Assembly: GCA_046350735.1 (NCBI GenBank) | Contig: JAXLZU010000001.1 | Location: 493,767 to 557,766 of the forward strand | Direction of reading: 5' to 3' | Origin: Candidatus Saccharimonadota bacterium | Lineage (GTDB): Bacteria; Patescibacteriota; Saccharimonadia; CAILAD01; BJGX01 | Length of the DNA: 64,000 bases | Shown here: one piece after another, positions 1 to 9,934 of the stretch | How positions within the stretch are numbered: the stretch's first letter is position 1 | How the letters are laid out: each line of letters starts with the position of its first letter | Program-made: the position numbers and the translations under genes | Notes under the pieces: model-generated | What the model was told of the DNA's origin: nothing | The model's input: only the letters and a program-made list of their open reading frames with translations | Databases searched by the model: none

Positions 1-198
1 ATCAATGAGACTTAATAGATGCTCACAGAGCTTCTTTAGCCCGTATTTTGTTTTGGCAGTGTCTACACCATGATCTTGCGCTATAGCGTTAATGGTATGT
101 ATTCTTTCCAAATAATTGTTACAAGCAACAATTTCGATAAGTCTCAATCTCTGAAGAGTAAGCTTGTTAAAATACGATTGATCGGTTGGTGTCTCCAT
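1..198 (-). CDS. Partial CDS (N-terminus in window, continues beyond position 1), hypothetical protein
   Basis: ATG (cat on plus) at 196-198 opens a minus-strand frame reading METPTDQSYFNKLTLQRL... to the window edge; not in the ORF track because truncated. Confidence 0.3.
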   Translation of the reverse strand, partial: METPTDQSYFNKLTLQRLRLIEIVACNNYLERIHTINAIAQDHGVDTAKTKYGLKKLCEHLLSLID

Positions 199-305
199 GT
201 TCCTCCAAGGTGCAAAACTAGTTAGTATCTAGCATAACAGAAAAAATAAACAAGTAAAAAGCCGTACATACTGTTGTGTACGGCGGTAAAAGTTAAGTGT
301 ACCTA

Positions 306-605
306 TTATCTACCTCTCAATCGGTCGCTAATCTGAAGCTGCAGTTTACGTCGCTCGGCTTCGAGCCGCTCAATCTCTTCGTTGTAGGTGTCAATATTCG
401 AGCAGATCTGGTCAATCTCGGCTTCGGCAGCCTCTTCGGCGGCTGACCCTGGGTCACTTTTATCACGCAGCTTTTGAGCGGCGTAGAGATTGTTTTGCTC
501 GGTAACAACTCTGCCTTGCAAATCCATGAGATTATCTTCGACGAGAAGAATCTCTAGCTCTGGGTCGGTCGTAGTGGGTGTAGTGCCTGAGGGCTGCTGA
601 CTCAT
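306..605 (-). CDS. Small coiled-coil protein, hypothetical
   Basis: 99 aa ORF; heptad-like EIERLEAERRKLQLQI segment; Thr/Pro-rich N-terminus; no recognisable catalytic motif. Confidence 0.45.
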   Translation of the reverse strand: MSQQPSGTTPTTTDPELEILLVEDNLMDLQGRVVTEQNNLYAAQKLRDKSDPGSAAEEAAEAEIDQICSNIDTYNEEIERLEAERRKLQLQISDRLRGR

Positions 606-692
606 CTCTATTCCTCTCCGGGTTGGTACAAATCGAACAAAGTTATAGTATCACAATTAATGTAATTTGTAAAGTATACAAATTGCTGGTCG

Positions 693-1241
693 CTAACGTT
701 GTGGAATGGTTTTATTTGTGAGGGCTTGTGTAATTATTGTAACGGTAGTTTTAATTATATCTGGCAATTCTTTTGTTTGTTGCTGAGAGAATGGTTGTAG
801 GACATATGCTTCTGAAGGAATATTCTCTGCACGGTTGCTCCCTACTCCAACACGAATACGTACAAAATTTGCCCCTACGCTATCAATAATATTCTGTAAA
901 CCATTATGACCTCCGCTGCCTCCGCCGGTTCTAACCCTAACCACTCCTTGATCGAGATCGATATCATCGCTCACTACCCATATATCTTCTGGTTGTAACT
1001 TATAAAACTGTGCTATTTTTTGCACAGCCACACCACTTAGGTTCATAAATGTTTGAGGCTTGGCTAATAGAATAGTCTCGCCATCGTACATAGTAGCGAG
1101 TACCTCACTCTTTAGTTTTTTGTTAGACTCAAAGTTAACACCCCACATTTCGGCTAGTGTATCAAGCACCATAAAGCCAATGTTATGGCGAGTATTTTCA
1201 TATTCCCTGCCAGGGTTACCGAGGCCGACAATTAGTTTCAT
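693..1241 (-). CDS. pth: Peptidyl-tRNA hydrolase
   Basis: N-terminal MKLIVGLGNPG...YENTRHNIGF motif and ~180 aa length typical of Pth. Confidence 0.9.
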   Translation of the reverse strand: MKLIVGLGNPGREYENTRHNIGFMVLDTLAEMWGVNFESNKKLKSEVLATMYDGETILLAKPQTFMNLSGVAVQKIAQFYKLQPEDIWVVSDDIDLDQGVVRVRTGGGSGGHNGLQNIIDSVGANFVRIRVGVGSNRAENIPSEAYVLQPFSQQQTKELPDIIKTTVTIITQALTNKTIPQR

Positions 1242-1329
1242 CTCGTTAGAAATTCCTTCATACAGGTGAGAGTAATTATGTTTATTTGTTTTCTAACAGG
1301 ATTCATATTATTAGTATAAAGCATCCTTA

Positions 1330-2682
1330 CTAATTACGTCGGTTCTCTTCAGAATATTTTGAGCGATACTCGATAATAATTGGCACACCAGAGAGTTCGT
1401 AATTTTGACGTAACCGATTTTGTAGAAACCGAGTGTAGCTCCAGTGCATTTGACTAGGGTGTGTACAAAAAATAGTAAACTTTGGTGGTCGTGTGCCGGT
1501 CTGAGTAGCGTAATTAACTTTTGGTCGGCGGGTTTTGACTGCACTAGGAGGGTTAATGGCATTGGCGTCTTCAATAAATCTATTTAATTTGGCAGTAGAC
1601 AGAGAGAAGTCTAGGCGAGTATATACTTCTACAATTAGCTTTTTTAGATCTTCTAGGTTTTGCCCTGTCTTGGCACTAGTAAAGATTAGCGGCGCCCAAT
1701 AAATATACTGAAGTTTGGCATGTAATATCTGAGTATACTCGGCCATAGTATTACTATCTTTGTCATCTATATTGTCCCATTTGGTAACTACTACAATACA
1801 CGCCTTATGCTCATCCTTAAGGAGGCCAAGAATTCGTTGATCTTGGGCTGTTAGAGGCTCGCTACCATCTACCAGAGCCAAGCAAATATCGGCCGACTCT
1901 ATAGCTTTCTTGGTACGCAGCGAAGAATAAAACTCTATCTCACTACCTACTCCTTTTCGACCAATCTTACCCGGCCGACGTAACCCTGCGGTGTCAATTA
2001 CCTCTATTGATTTACCATAGAAGTTAAGCGAAAATCGATTGGTATCACGAGTGGTATGTGCAATATCACTTTCTATGGCTAATTTTTCTCCAGCAAGTGC
2101 ATTAAGAAGACTAGATTTGCCCACATTTGGCCGACCAAGCAATGCGACACGAATAGGTTGTGATACTTTGGTTGGTTTGGCTACCGGTATCACCTTTAGT
2201 ACATCAGTTATTAGCTCATCAATACTACGGCCGTCCAAAGCAGCGATGGCATAGGTATTATTAAAACCAAGCTTACTAAACTCGCCACTTGGCTGTAATA
2301 GCTTTGTTCTATCTGACTTATTTATGGCAAAAAATATAGGTAATCCGCTCTTGTGGAGCTGCTTGGCTAGCTCTCTGTCTTTTTGAGTAAGCGATGTTGT
2401 ACCATCAACGAGAAAAATTACTGCCTGGCTCTTGGTAAGCTCATCAGTTAGTAATTGCATTGCCTCAGCAATAATTGGCTCATTTGGTTTGGTAAAACCA
2501 GCACTATCTACAACCAAGAATGCACGTTCGCCAAAGCGCGCCGTACCTTTATTGGTGTCACGCGTAGTATTTGGTTGCTTAGATGTAATCGCTGCACTCG
2601 AATGGGTTAGTCTATTAAAGAGTGTGCTCTTACCGCTATTGGGCAAGCCAACTAACAATACTTGGGGTAATTTTGTGCTCAT
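1330..2682 (-). CDS. der: Ribosome-biogenesis GTPase Der (EngA), tandem GTPase domains
   Basis: Two P-loops (GLPNSGKSTLFN and GRPNVGKSSLLN) with DxxG motifs and a C-terminal KH-like tail; 450 aa. Confidence 0.9.
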   Translation of the reverse strand: MSTKLPQVLLVGLPNSGKSTLFNRLTHSSAAITSKQPNTTRDTNKGTARFGERAFLVVDSAGFTKPNEPIIAEAMQLLTDELTKSQAVIFLVDGTTSLTQKDRELAKQLHKSGLPIFFAINKSDRTKLLQPSGEFSKLGFNNTYAIAALDGRSIDELITDVLKVIPVAKPTKVSQPIRVALLGRPNVGKSSLLNALAGEKLAIESDIAHTTRDTNRFSLNFYGKSIEVIDTAGLRRPGKIGRKGVGSEIEFYSSLRTKKAIESADICLALVDGSEPLTAQDQRILGLLKDEHKACIVVVTKWDNIDDKDSNTMAEYTQILHAKLQYIYWAPLIFTSAKTGQNLEDLKKLIVEVYTRLDFSLSTAKLNRFIEDANAINPPSAVKTRRPKVNYATQTGTRPPKFTIFCTHPSQMHWSYTRFLQNRLRQNYELSGVPIIIEYRSKYSEENRRN

Positions 2683-2688
2683 ACTAAA

Positions 2689-3624
2689 TTATTGCCAGAT
2701 ATAACTATTGAACGCATAGTTTACCATATTTTGGCTCTCAAGGAAACGGTTTGGGCTGTGTAATACTACTGTAATAATTTCGTGCCCGGCTTTATTTCGT
2801 CCTAGTAGTATTAGACACTCACCGGCGAGATCTGTCTGGCCGGTCTTAATACCATAGATAGTTGGCAGGGCTAAATCTTTATTGGTAGTGGTCAGTGTGT
2901 AAGTTTTGCCAGCCTGTGAAGTAATGCTGGTTTTGGGAGTATTTACAATTTCGCGTACTTGGGGGCTCTTCAAAAGTATGCTGCTTAGTGTAACTAAATC
3001 TTCAGTAGTTGAATAATGGCCTTCGGCATCGAGCCCTGTTGGGTTCTTATATTGACTGTTTTTAAGCTCCCACTTGCTTGCTTGTGTATTCATTTTTTCG
3101 GCAAAATTATCTATCGACCCTGCATCCCAAATTGCCAATGCATTGGCTGCATCATTGGCCGAATAGATAAGAGTTGCCTTTAGTAGGTCGCGCAAAGTAA
3201 ATTGTTCTCCAGGGGTAATACCTATTTTTTGGTCAGCTGCCTGTAAGGGAGGTAGATTATCTGGAATGGTTATGATTTCGTCGAGGTTATGATGGTTCTG
3301 CAAAAGTGTTAGTACAGTTGTTATCTTGGTAAGTGATGCCATAGGCAACTTGTCGGTAGTATTTTTGCCATACAATACTCTACCACTACTAACATCATAT
3401 ATTTCGGCAGCAGATGCACTGCTAATATAGTCAGTGCTACCTGGCTTTTTTGTAGCAATAACTGTCTTGGGAGATGATTGGTAAGTTACTTTTTGTACTT
3501 TAGGTAATGGTGTTTGAATAAGCGAATGTAGTTTTGTACTGAGTTTACCGCCAACCCCTTGTGTACCTAACAACGACTGTAATATTAGGCCTAGGGCTAG
3601 CAAACTATTAGTAATAGCATTCAT
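2689..3624 (-). CDS. D-alanyl-D-alanine carboxypeptidase (peptidase S11, low-MW PBP)
   Basis: Signal peptide; SxxK (ASLTK), SxN (SAND) and KTG (KTGQT) active-site motifs. Confidence 0.75.
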   Translation of the reverse strand: MNAITNSLLALGLILQSLLGTQGVGGKLSTKLHSLIQTPLPKVQKVTYQSSPKTVIATKKPGSTDYISSASAAEIYDVSSGRVLYGKNTTDKLPMASLTKITTVLTLLQNHHNLDEIITIPDNLPPLQAADQKIGITPGEQFTLRDLLKATLIYSANDAANALAIWDAGSIDNFAEKMNTQASKWELKNSQYKNPTGLDAEGHYSTTEDLVTLSSILLKSPQVREIVNTPKTSITSQAGKTYTLTTTNKDLALPTIYGIKTGQTDLAGECLILLGRNKAGHEIITVVLHSPNRFLESQNMVNYAFNSYIWQ

Positions 3625-4299
3625 TTACATTACCTCACTTGGTTGGATAACCGCATGTTTTCCGTTAGCAAGGGTGCCAAGCTGGTAGTTGCCAACTCGT
3701 ATGCGTTGTAAATGCATTACGTTGTAAGCTAGATTTTCAAACATTCGCCGAATCTGTCGATTTCTTCCCTCAGTAAGGATTACTCGAAGTGTAGTAGGAT
3801 TCAATTGGGATATCTTTTGAAATGTGCGTATCTCGCCGTCTATTTTAATACCTGCCTTTAGTCGTTTAAGATCAACACTTAATAAAGTCCTGTCTAAGCC
3901 AACAATGTACTCCTTTTCTTTCCGACTCGATGGATGTGAGAGAGAATGGATAAAATTACCATCAGAGCTAAGTATTACTAGCCCAGAACTATCTTCGTCC
4001 AGACGGCCAGCAATCTTAAGATGAGCAAATGTTTTTGGTAGTAGCACAAAGATAGTTTTGCTATTGCCTTGTGCCGTATGCGAACAAACATAACCAACAG
4101 GCTTATTAAATGCTACATAGATTGGCTTTTGGGCTATTCCTGACTTTCCACGAAGTTGAACGGTATCGTCTTCGGAGACAGGAGTGCCAAGACCAGCTAA
4201 TTGTCCATTTACTCGCACCTCTCCTGCCGCAATGGCTTCATCGGCTTTACGTCGGGACACCGCCAGACCCAGTTCTACAAGTCTTTTATTGAGTCGCAT
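3625..4299 (-). CDS. rRNA pseudouridine synthase (RsuA/RluB family) with S4 domain
   Basis: N-terminal S4-like MRLNKRLVELGLAVSRRKADEAI...VRVNG; catalytic GRLDxDSSGLVILSSDG motif. Confidence 0.8.
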   Translation of the reverse strand: MRLNKRLVELGLAVSRRKADEAIAAGEVRVNGQLAGLGTPVSEDDTVQLRGKSGIAQKPIYVAFNKPVGYVCSHTAQGNSKTIFVLLPKTFAHLKIAGRLDEDSSGLVILSSDGNFIHSLSHPSSRKEKEYIVGLDRTLLSVDLKRLKAGIKIDGEIRTFQKISQLNPTTLRVILTEGRNRQIRRMFENLAYNVMHLQRIRVGNYQLGTLANGKHAVIQPSEVM

Positions 4300-4801
4300 T
4301 GCTTGCCTTCTTTATTGAGAGTGGTGGCAACTCTTGAAGTGTAGTAATACCAAGATGAGCCAGAAATGCTTGTGTAGTAATGTAATGAGGTATTGATATA
4401 CCGTCTACCTTTTTAGCTTTAGTTGTAATAAGGTTTCGTTCTATCAACCCTCTAAGTGTCTGCTCGCTGCCAATACCACGCATAGTTTCTATTTCTAATT
4501 GAGATATGGGCTGGTGGTAGGCAACAATAGTCAGTACTTCAAGCAGAGCAGCACTCAGTTGTTCGCTTTGTAGCTCTTTTTGAATATCGGTTGGCAAAAT
4601 ACTGGTCTGTGCGGCTAATTGCAAGCTCGAATCTGTTTGCAGTAATACCACCCCACTCTTACTCAGGTAGGTAGACAGTTCTGCAATACTATTTTCTAAC
4701 TCTGCAGCTGAAGTGCCCAGTAAGTTTTGCACTTCTGTCTTTTCTAGGCCATTCGAATTAATCAGCAATAGGCTATGTAATTGTTGAGTGGTTATTTTCA
4801 T
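4286..4801 (-). CDS. scpB: Segregation and condensation protein B
   Basis: 171 aa winged-helix-type protein immediately downstream of scpA, overlapping by a few bases as in scpAB operons. Confidence 0.65.
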   Translation of the reverse strand: MKITTQQLHSLLLINSNGLEKTEVQNLLGTSAAELENSIAELSTYLSKSGVVLLQTDSSLQLAAQTSILPTDIQKELQSEQLSAALLEVLTIVAYHQPISQLEIETMRGIGSEQTLRGLIERNLITTKAKKVDGISIPHYITTQAFLAHLGITTLQELPPLSIKKASNATQ

Positions 4802-5475
4802 ATTAGCTTTACCATTACCGAGGTGTTGTTATCGACTATTTTAGCTTTGTTGTCTTTTAGCATCTCGAGGGCTAACAGAAAACAGACAACTGTTTCGTAA
4901 TGCGAATCGCAGTAGGTGTGTAATTTGCTAATGTCTAATTGTTGGCTAGATTGCCACATAGATTGAAGTTTTTTGCGAAGGTAAATTGGGTTTTGACGTT
5001 TTAGCTTGAATGGTTTAGTGGTGGGCTGTGGCTGTGTTTGTTTTGCCGGATAAAATTCAGCAAAGCTAGAAAAATCTAAATTTGTAAACACTGTTGGGTT
5101 TATTGGTGTAGACGGCTTTTTGGCAAACTGAAATGATGGCCGAGCAGCCTCTACTACTTGCTTCATTGTATTTCTAATAGCAGAGAGTTCTTGTAACTGT
5201 TCTGTGAGGTCTTCGAGGGGTTCTTGAGTGTCCTGGTCTTTATTTGGTAGCAAGGCTCGACTCTTATACAAAATAAGTCTACTAGCTATATCCAAAAACC
5301 AATTAGCTTGTGCTGGGTCGAGCTCGATATTTTGTATACTCTCTAGATAATCATTAGTAACCGTGGCAAGCGATATATCGCAAATATCTAGCTTGTTACG
5401 CTCGATTAGCTGTAGAAGCAGGTCGAGTGGACCTGCAAAGTTATCGAGTTGAACAGTATATGTCGAACCCTCCAC
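4798..5475 (-). CDS. scpA: Segregation and condensation protein A
   Basis: N-terminal FAGPLDLLLQLIERNKLDICDISLATVTNDYL signature of ScpA. Confidence 0.75.
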   Translation of the reverse strand: MEGSTYTVQLDNFAGPLDLLLQLIERNKLDICDISLATVTNDYLESIQNIELDPAQANWFLDIASRLILYKSRALLPNKDQDTQEPLEDLTEQLQELSAIRNTMKQVVEAARPSFQFAKKPSTPINPTVFTNLDFSSFAEFYPAKQTQPQPTTKPFKLKRQNPIYLRKKLQSMWQSSQQLDISKLHTYCDSHYETVVCFLLALEMLKDNKAKIVDNNTSVMVKLI

Positions 5476-5484
5476 TATGTGCCC

Positions 5485-6801
5485 CTATGGTGCCAAGCGC
5501 TGCATATCGCGCGGGAATAAGGTAGCCTCTTTAACGTTTTCGAGACCGATAATTTTTTGCGTAAGTCGCTCTAGGCCCAGACCAAACCCACCGTGCGAAG
5601 GCATGCCATACTGGAAGGCTTGCAAGTAATGTTTAAAGCCTGGGTGTTTTGGGTCTCCACCGATTTCCTCTAGCTGAGTTAATAAGGTTTCATAATTGTT
5701 TTCTCGCATAGAAAGTGTAGTTATCTCTACACCCCTAAAAATTAAGTCTGCACGGTCGGCAACATGGCTGTTTTGGGCATTTTTACGGTGATAAAACTTC
5801 ATTTCTGATGCCGGAAATTCTGTTATATATACAGCTTCGCTACCCCATTTCTTTAGTGCATATTCACTAGCAAAACGTTCTTCTGCAGGGGTTGGGTCTT
5901 TTTCGTGGCGGGTATCTTCGTTGGTGGCTTTAAAGTATTGCTCGTGCAATTCACTTAAGGTGATTTCTGGAATTTCTTTTGTTAGTTTTACTGGTTTGGC
6001 CTGTAGTTTTTCTAGCTCGCCCTTATGTTCGCTCCAAACTTTTTCACACACAAAGTTAATCATGCCACCTAGAAAATCACAGACTTCTTTTAGCTCTGTA
6101 ATAAATCCCATCTCGCCATCTACACTTATGTACTCGCTCATATGTCGTGTGGTTGTGCTTGGCTCGGCACGATATACCGGACCAATCTCATATACTCTCT
6201 CATATACCCCTACCATCATCTGTTTGTAAAACTGTGGGCTTTGGGCCAATGTGGCGGTTTTACCAAAATAATCCATCTTAAATACTTCTGCGCCACCCTC
6301 GGTAGGTTCGGCTAATAACTTTGGAGTATGAATTTGTACAAAATCGTAGCTTTCAAAATATTCTCGAATATAACGTTCTATAGCGGCCTGAATTTTAAAA
6401 ATAAGCTGTTCGCTAGTGTTGCGCAGCCCGATAGTACGATTTTCGAATAATGTAGTATGGTGCTCTGGTTTGTGGCTAATAGGCTTGTCAATTTCTATTG
6501 GCATTACATCTTTTACTGTACTTAAGATTTCGAGCTGTGGGTCGTGAATTTCTACACCACCAGGTGCTCTGTCGTCGGCCAATACTTCTCCAGTTACGGT
6601 TAAGACAGTACCAAGCTGCAGGCCATCAAGCTTTTTTAGTTCCTTTTCGTCTTCAAGTAATATCTGAACCAATCCGGTTCTATCTCGTAGAACTAAAAAA
6701 TTTAATCCGCCCAGTAAACGACGCTTATACAGCCAGCCAGAAACACTAGCGGTTTTTCCGGCATGTTTTTTTAGATCAGCAACTAATACTCTGTTTTTCA
6801 T
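5485..6801 (-). CDS. aspS: Aspartate--tRNA ligase, short archaeal/eukaryal-type (possibly non-discriminating)
   Basis: N-terminal OB anticodon-binding fold (SVSGWLYKRRLLGGLNFLVLRD); class II motifs; C-terminal GGFGLGLERL; 438 aa, lacking the bacterial-type insertion. Confidence 0.75.
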   Translation of the reverse strand: MKNRVLVADLKKHAGKTASVSGWLYKRRLLGGLNFLVLRDRTGLVQILLEDEKELKKLDGLQLGTVLTVTGEVLADDRAPGGVEIHDPQLEILSTVKDVMPIEIDKPISHKPEHHTTLFENRTIGLRNTSEQLIFKIQAAIERYIREYFESYDFVQIHTPKLLAEPTEGGAEVFKMDYFGKTATLAQSPQFYKQMMVGVYERVYEIGPVYRAEPSTTTRHMSEYISVDGEMGFITELKEVCDFLGGMINFVCEKVWSEHKGELEKLQAKPVKLTKEIPEITLSELHEQYFKATNEDTRHEKDPTPAEERFASEYALKKWGSEAVYITEFPASEMKFYHRKNAQNSHVADRADLIFRGVEITTLSMRENNYETLLTQLEEIGGDPKHPGFKHYLQAFQYGMPSHGGFGLGLERLTQKIIGLENVKEATLFPRDMQRLAP

Positions 6802-6843
6802 ATCACCCTATTATAGCTGACAGATACGATTTGCTCAAATATA

Positions 6844-7410
6844 TTATTGAGCAGGAGCTGTTGGAGGTGGAGTGTTGTCTTCGGTGGTTTGTGGAGTTGG
6901 TGGTTCGCTTGGCTTATCTCCAGCTTGTTGAGCTGACGTAGCCGTTGGAGCTGTTGGAGCTGGTGAATTATCTGCTGCAGGAGCTTCACTACGTTGGCCA
7001 CCACTACCTAGTACTTGCTCATTACCTGTAGTGGCAGGTGCTGCCGAAGCTAGTACTTGCTTAATAGCATCTACCATTTCCTCGAGAGTAACCTGAGATT
7101 TTACCAAATATTTGTCTACACCTAGCTTTTCACCACGCTCTTTGTCTTCTGGTGCCGACAATGCAGTCATCATTATTACTCTGGTATGAGCAATTTCTGG
7201 TGTAGTACGTACGATATCGAGTACATCAAAACCAGATATTTTAGGCATCATAACATCGAGCAAAATAAGGTCGGGACGCTCTTTTACTGCGGTTGCTAAG
7301 GCCTCCTCGCCATTCGCAGCAACAGCAATTTGATACCCTTCAGCCTCTAAGCGAGCCGAGTAGACATCTCGCAAGCTGACATCATCTTCTACAATTAATA
7401 TTTTTGACAT
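6844..7410 (-). CDS. Single-domain response regulator (CheY-like receiver) with disordered Pro/Thr/Ala-rich C-terminal tail
   Basis: ILIVEDD...phospho-acceptor D in LILLDVMMP...conserved K in KYLVKS; C-terminal ~60 aa low-complexity tail. Confidence 0.75.
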   Translation of the reverse strand: MSKILIVEDDVSLRDVYSARLEAEGYQIAVAANGEEALATAVKERPDLILLDVMMPKISGFDVLDIVRTTPEIAHTRVIMMTALSAPEDKERGEKLGVDKYLVKSQVTLEEMVDAIKQVLASAAPATTGNEQVLGSGGQRSEAPAADNSPAPTAPTATSAQQAGDKPSEPPTPQTTEDNTPPPTAPAQ

Positions 7411-7456
7411 ACGTATATTCTCCTTATCTACTTTGGCTTTATTGTACCACTTATGT

Positions 7457-9157
7457 TTAGCTTTTGACTAGCGGTAAGGTAAAGGTAAATGTCGAGCCTT
7501 TGCCGGGTGCTGAATCTACCCAGATTCTCCCACCATACAGTTCTACAAGCGTACGGGCTATATAAAGACCTAGCCCTGTCCCTCCTACTTCGCGGGTCAT
7601 AGAATTATTTACTCGATAAAATTTTTCAAACATGTGTTTTTGCTCTTCAGCGGGAATACCAATGCCAGTATCTCTCACACTTACTTTTACATTATTTCTA
7701 TCACCAGTCAGTGTAAGGTCTACACTACCATTTTGCGTATACTTAATAGAATTGCTTACTAAGTTAGTAATAATCTCTCGTACTCTGTCTGGGTCGGCAT
7801 TTACTTTAAACTGAGGCGCTACTACTAGCTCGGTACCACTACCTGCTCCCTCGCTACCAATATGGCTATAAAAACTCAGACCCTTCTTCTTGGCGGCTAT
7901 TTCCATTTCTGAAGCAACCTGACTAACTAAGTCGGTCATGTTAAAGACCTGACGTTGGTCATTTAGCCTCTGGTCTTCTATCTTTGTAACAGAGAGTAAA
8001 TCTTGAAACAGTTTACCTAGGTGTAATGCAGAGTTGCGAGCCTTCTCTAGAAAGTTTTTGGCCCTATCATCTACAGTAGCTAAATTCGGATTCGTTGCCA
8101 TAGAAAGGTACCCCTCAATAGCTGCAACTGGCGTGCGCATTTCGTGGCTAGCAGTAGACACAAACTCATTTCGTTGCCTCTGAAGAGCTTTTTGCTCGGA
8201 GATATCATGAAACACCGCTATAGCGCCATTTATCTCATTTTGCATATCAAATGTTGGTGCCACTGAGATAGAAAAACTTATTTTGGCATTATTGTGGGTA
8301 AGAATATGAAACTCATCGGTGGTAAGTTGTTCGCCAGTACTAAATACCTTTAAGAATGGATTATTGGCCTTGGTGGTTTGATTATCGTTTGTATCTAGCA
8401 ACTTAATTACATTGCTAAATAATGTATTCTGAGCATCTTTGGTGCTCCAATTCGTCAAATCTTCTGCAGCAGAATTAAACAAAATAATTTCGAGCTTTTT
8501 ATTAACCCCAATTACTGGGTCGGCAATTGCAGCTAGCATAAGTCGCTCGCTTAGTTGGGTGCTATCGAGTTGATTGGTAATGGTAGTTGCTAGGTGTGAG
8601 GTCTCTACGTAATGATCGATTGCCCTGGCTACCAGCAAGCCAAAGATAATAGCAATAAGTGAGTAAAATATCTCTGGCAAGAATAGGTTGAGCTTGTTTG
8701 TATTTATTACATTGAGAATAATTGCCGCAACGACAAAAAATGCCAACGCACTACTACTTATTAAGCAGGCACGAGCTCCAAGAATACAGCTTGCCATTAC
8801 TAAGATAACCAGAACCGGAAAATACATAGAGGCTAGCCCACCACTTAGCAATACGCCAATAATTAAACATATAGCCACAAAACTCAGCGAAATATATGTG
8901 CTGCCAAAAGGATATCTACCCTCTATTTTGGGCCAGAGAAAGAAGTTATATATTACCCCAAGCAATGCAATTGGAATTACTGTGTAGGCAATGGGTATTC
9001 TGTTAGTAATATCAATATTCAAAACAGCCACCACAGCAAAAAACACAATTGTAGCGGCCAAACTAAGTGTTGTGGCTGAAAGCACAAAGGTTTGTAAGCT
9101 TCTGTCGTAGCTTTGTTTGGTGGGTTTGTTTACAGTAGTTACCGGGGAATTTTCCAC
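7457..9157 (-). CDS. Sensor histidine kinase, multi-TM sensor, PAS-like region, HisKA and HATPase_c
   Basis: About 6 N-terminal TM helices; H-box SHEMRTPVAAIEGY; N, G1 and G2 boxes (NLVSNSIKYT, DTGIGIP, GGTGLGL). Directly upstream of the receiver gene. Confidence 0.8.
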   Translation of the reverse strand: MENSPVTTVNKPTKQSYDRSLQTFVLSATTLSLAATIVFFAVVAVLNIDITNRIPIAYTVIPIALLGVIYNFFLWPKIEGRYPFGSTYISLSFVAICLIIGVLLSGGLASMYFPVLVILVMASCILGARACLISSSALAFFVVAAIILNVINTNKLNLFLPEIFYSLIAIIFGLLVARAIDHYVETSHLATTITNQLDSTQLSERLMLAAIADPVIGVNKKLEIILFNSAAEDLTNWSTKDAQNTLFSNVIKLLDTNDNQTTKANNPFLKVFSTGEQLTTDEFHILTHNNAKISFSISVAPTFDMQNEINGAIAVFHDISEQKALQRQRNEFVSTASHEMRTPVAAIEGYLSMATNPNLATVDDRAKNFLEKARNSALHLGKLFQDLLSVTKIEDQRLNDQRQVFNMTDLVSQVASEMEIAAKKKGLSFYSHIGSEGAGSGTELVVAPQFKVNADPDRVREIITNLVSNSIKYTQNGSVDLTLTGDRNNVKVSVRDTGIGIPAEEQKHMFEKFYRVNNSMTREVGGTGLGLYIARTLVELYGGRIWVDSAPGKGSTFTFTLPLVKS

Positions 9158-9187
9158 ACAATAATTATAGCATAAGCTTGATAGCGC

Positions 9188-9916
9188 CTAGTACTTCTCT
9201 TTGTAGCCAGGGAACCAGTCTTGGTGGATGTTTTTTTCTGGCACGTTAATCTTTAACAAAATTTCTTTCATGCTATCTACCATTGGCTCGGGGCCAGAAA
9301 CAAATAGTTGTCTCTCTATGTAGTCTGGTACAGCTTTTTGAATAAGTGGTGCAGTTATATAGCCTGTATGGCCCTGCCAATTTGGTGGTTTAGATTCTGA
9401 AAGAACTTGCACTACCTTTAGATGGGGCATTACTGCCTCACATTGCTTAATAAGTCCGGCTGCTGGCTCTTCGTTGAGCGAGCGAACACCGTGCAGCAAT
9501 ACGATATTACGGCTGTACTCTTTGCTATCGAATAAATATTGCAATTGCGATATAAATGGCGTAACACCAATACCCCCTGCAATCCATAAAATATTGGCGG
9601 ATTTGGCTGGCAAAACAAAATCACCCATTGGGCCTTTTGCATCTAAAGTATCACCAGGCTTAAGGCCAAATAAGTCATCTTTAAATTCAGAATGTTGCTC
9701 TACAAGACGAGTAGTAATAATAATATCTGCCTGCGTTGGTGAGGCACTAATGGTAAACCAGCGTTGGTTTCCTCTCTCGTCAGGATTCGGATCGTCAACA
9801 GTAACTTCTAAATATTGGCCAGCCGTAAAGATAAACCCGCGCGGCTTTTTAAAGTGAAGTTGCCAGATATCTGCAGCAACATGATTACGACCAATAAATT
9901 CAAGTTTGATGTTCAT
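9188..9916 (-). CDS. FNR-like FAD/NAD(P)-binding oxidoreductase (ferredoxin reductase-type)
   Basis: RWFTISAS (RxYS-type FAD-binding motif) and GGIGVTPFIS NAD(P)-binding glycine motif; 242 aa. Confidence 0.6.
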   Translation of the reverse strand: MNIKLEFIGRNHVAADIWQLHFKKPRGFIFTAGQYLEVTVDDPNPDERGNQRWFTISASPTQADIIITTRLVEQHSEFKDDLFGLKPGDTLDAKGPMGDFVLPAKSANILWIAGGIGVTPFISQLQYLFDSKEYSRNIVLLHGVRSLNEEPAAGLIKQCEAVMPHLKVVQVLSESKPPNWQGHTGYITAPLIQKAVPDYIERQLFVSGPEPMVDSMKEILLKINVPEKNIHQDWFPGYKEKY

Positions 9917-9934
9917 CTGATATAATTATACCCT

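Noticed and set aside
317-508. 63-aa alternative-frame ORF inside the 99-aa coiled-coil gene
   Set aside because: Nested in a longer ORF on the same strand with no independent start context; Arg/Lys/Pro-rich junk composition.
9430-9857. Antisense ORFs (70 aa and 127 aa) inside the FNR-like gene, and the many similar 60-120 aa antisense ORFs in the track
   Set aside because: Fully contained within well-supported longer genes on the opposite strand; compositionally junk-like.
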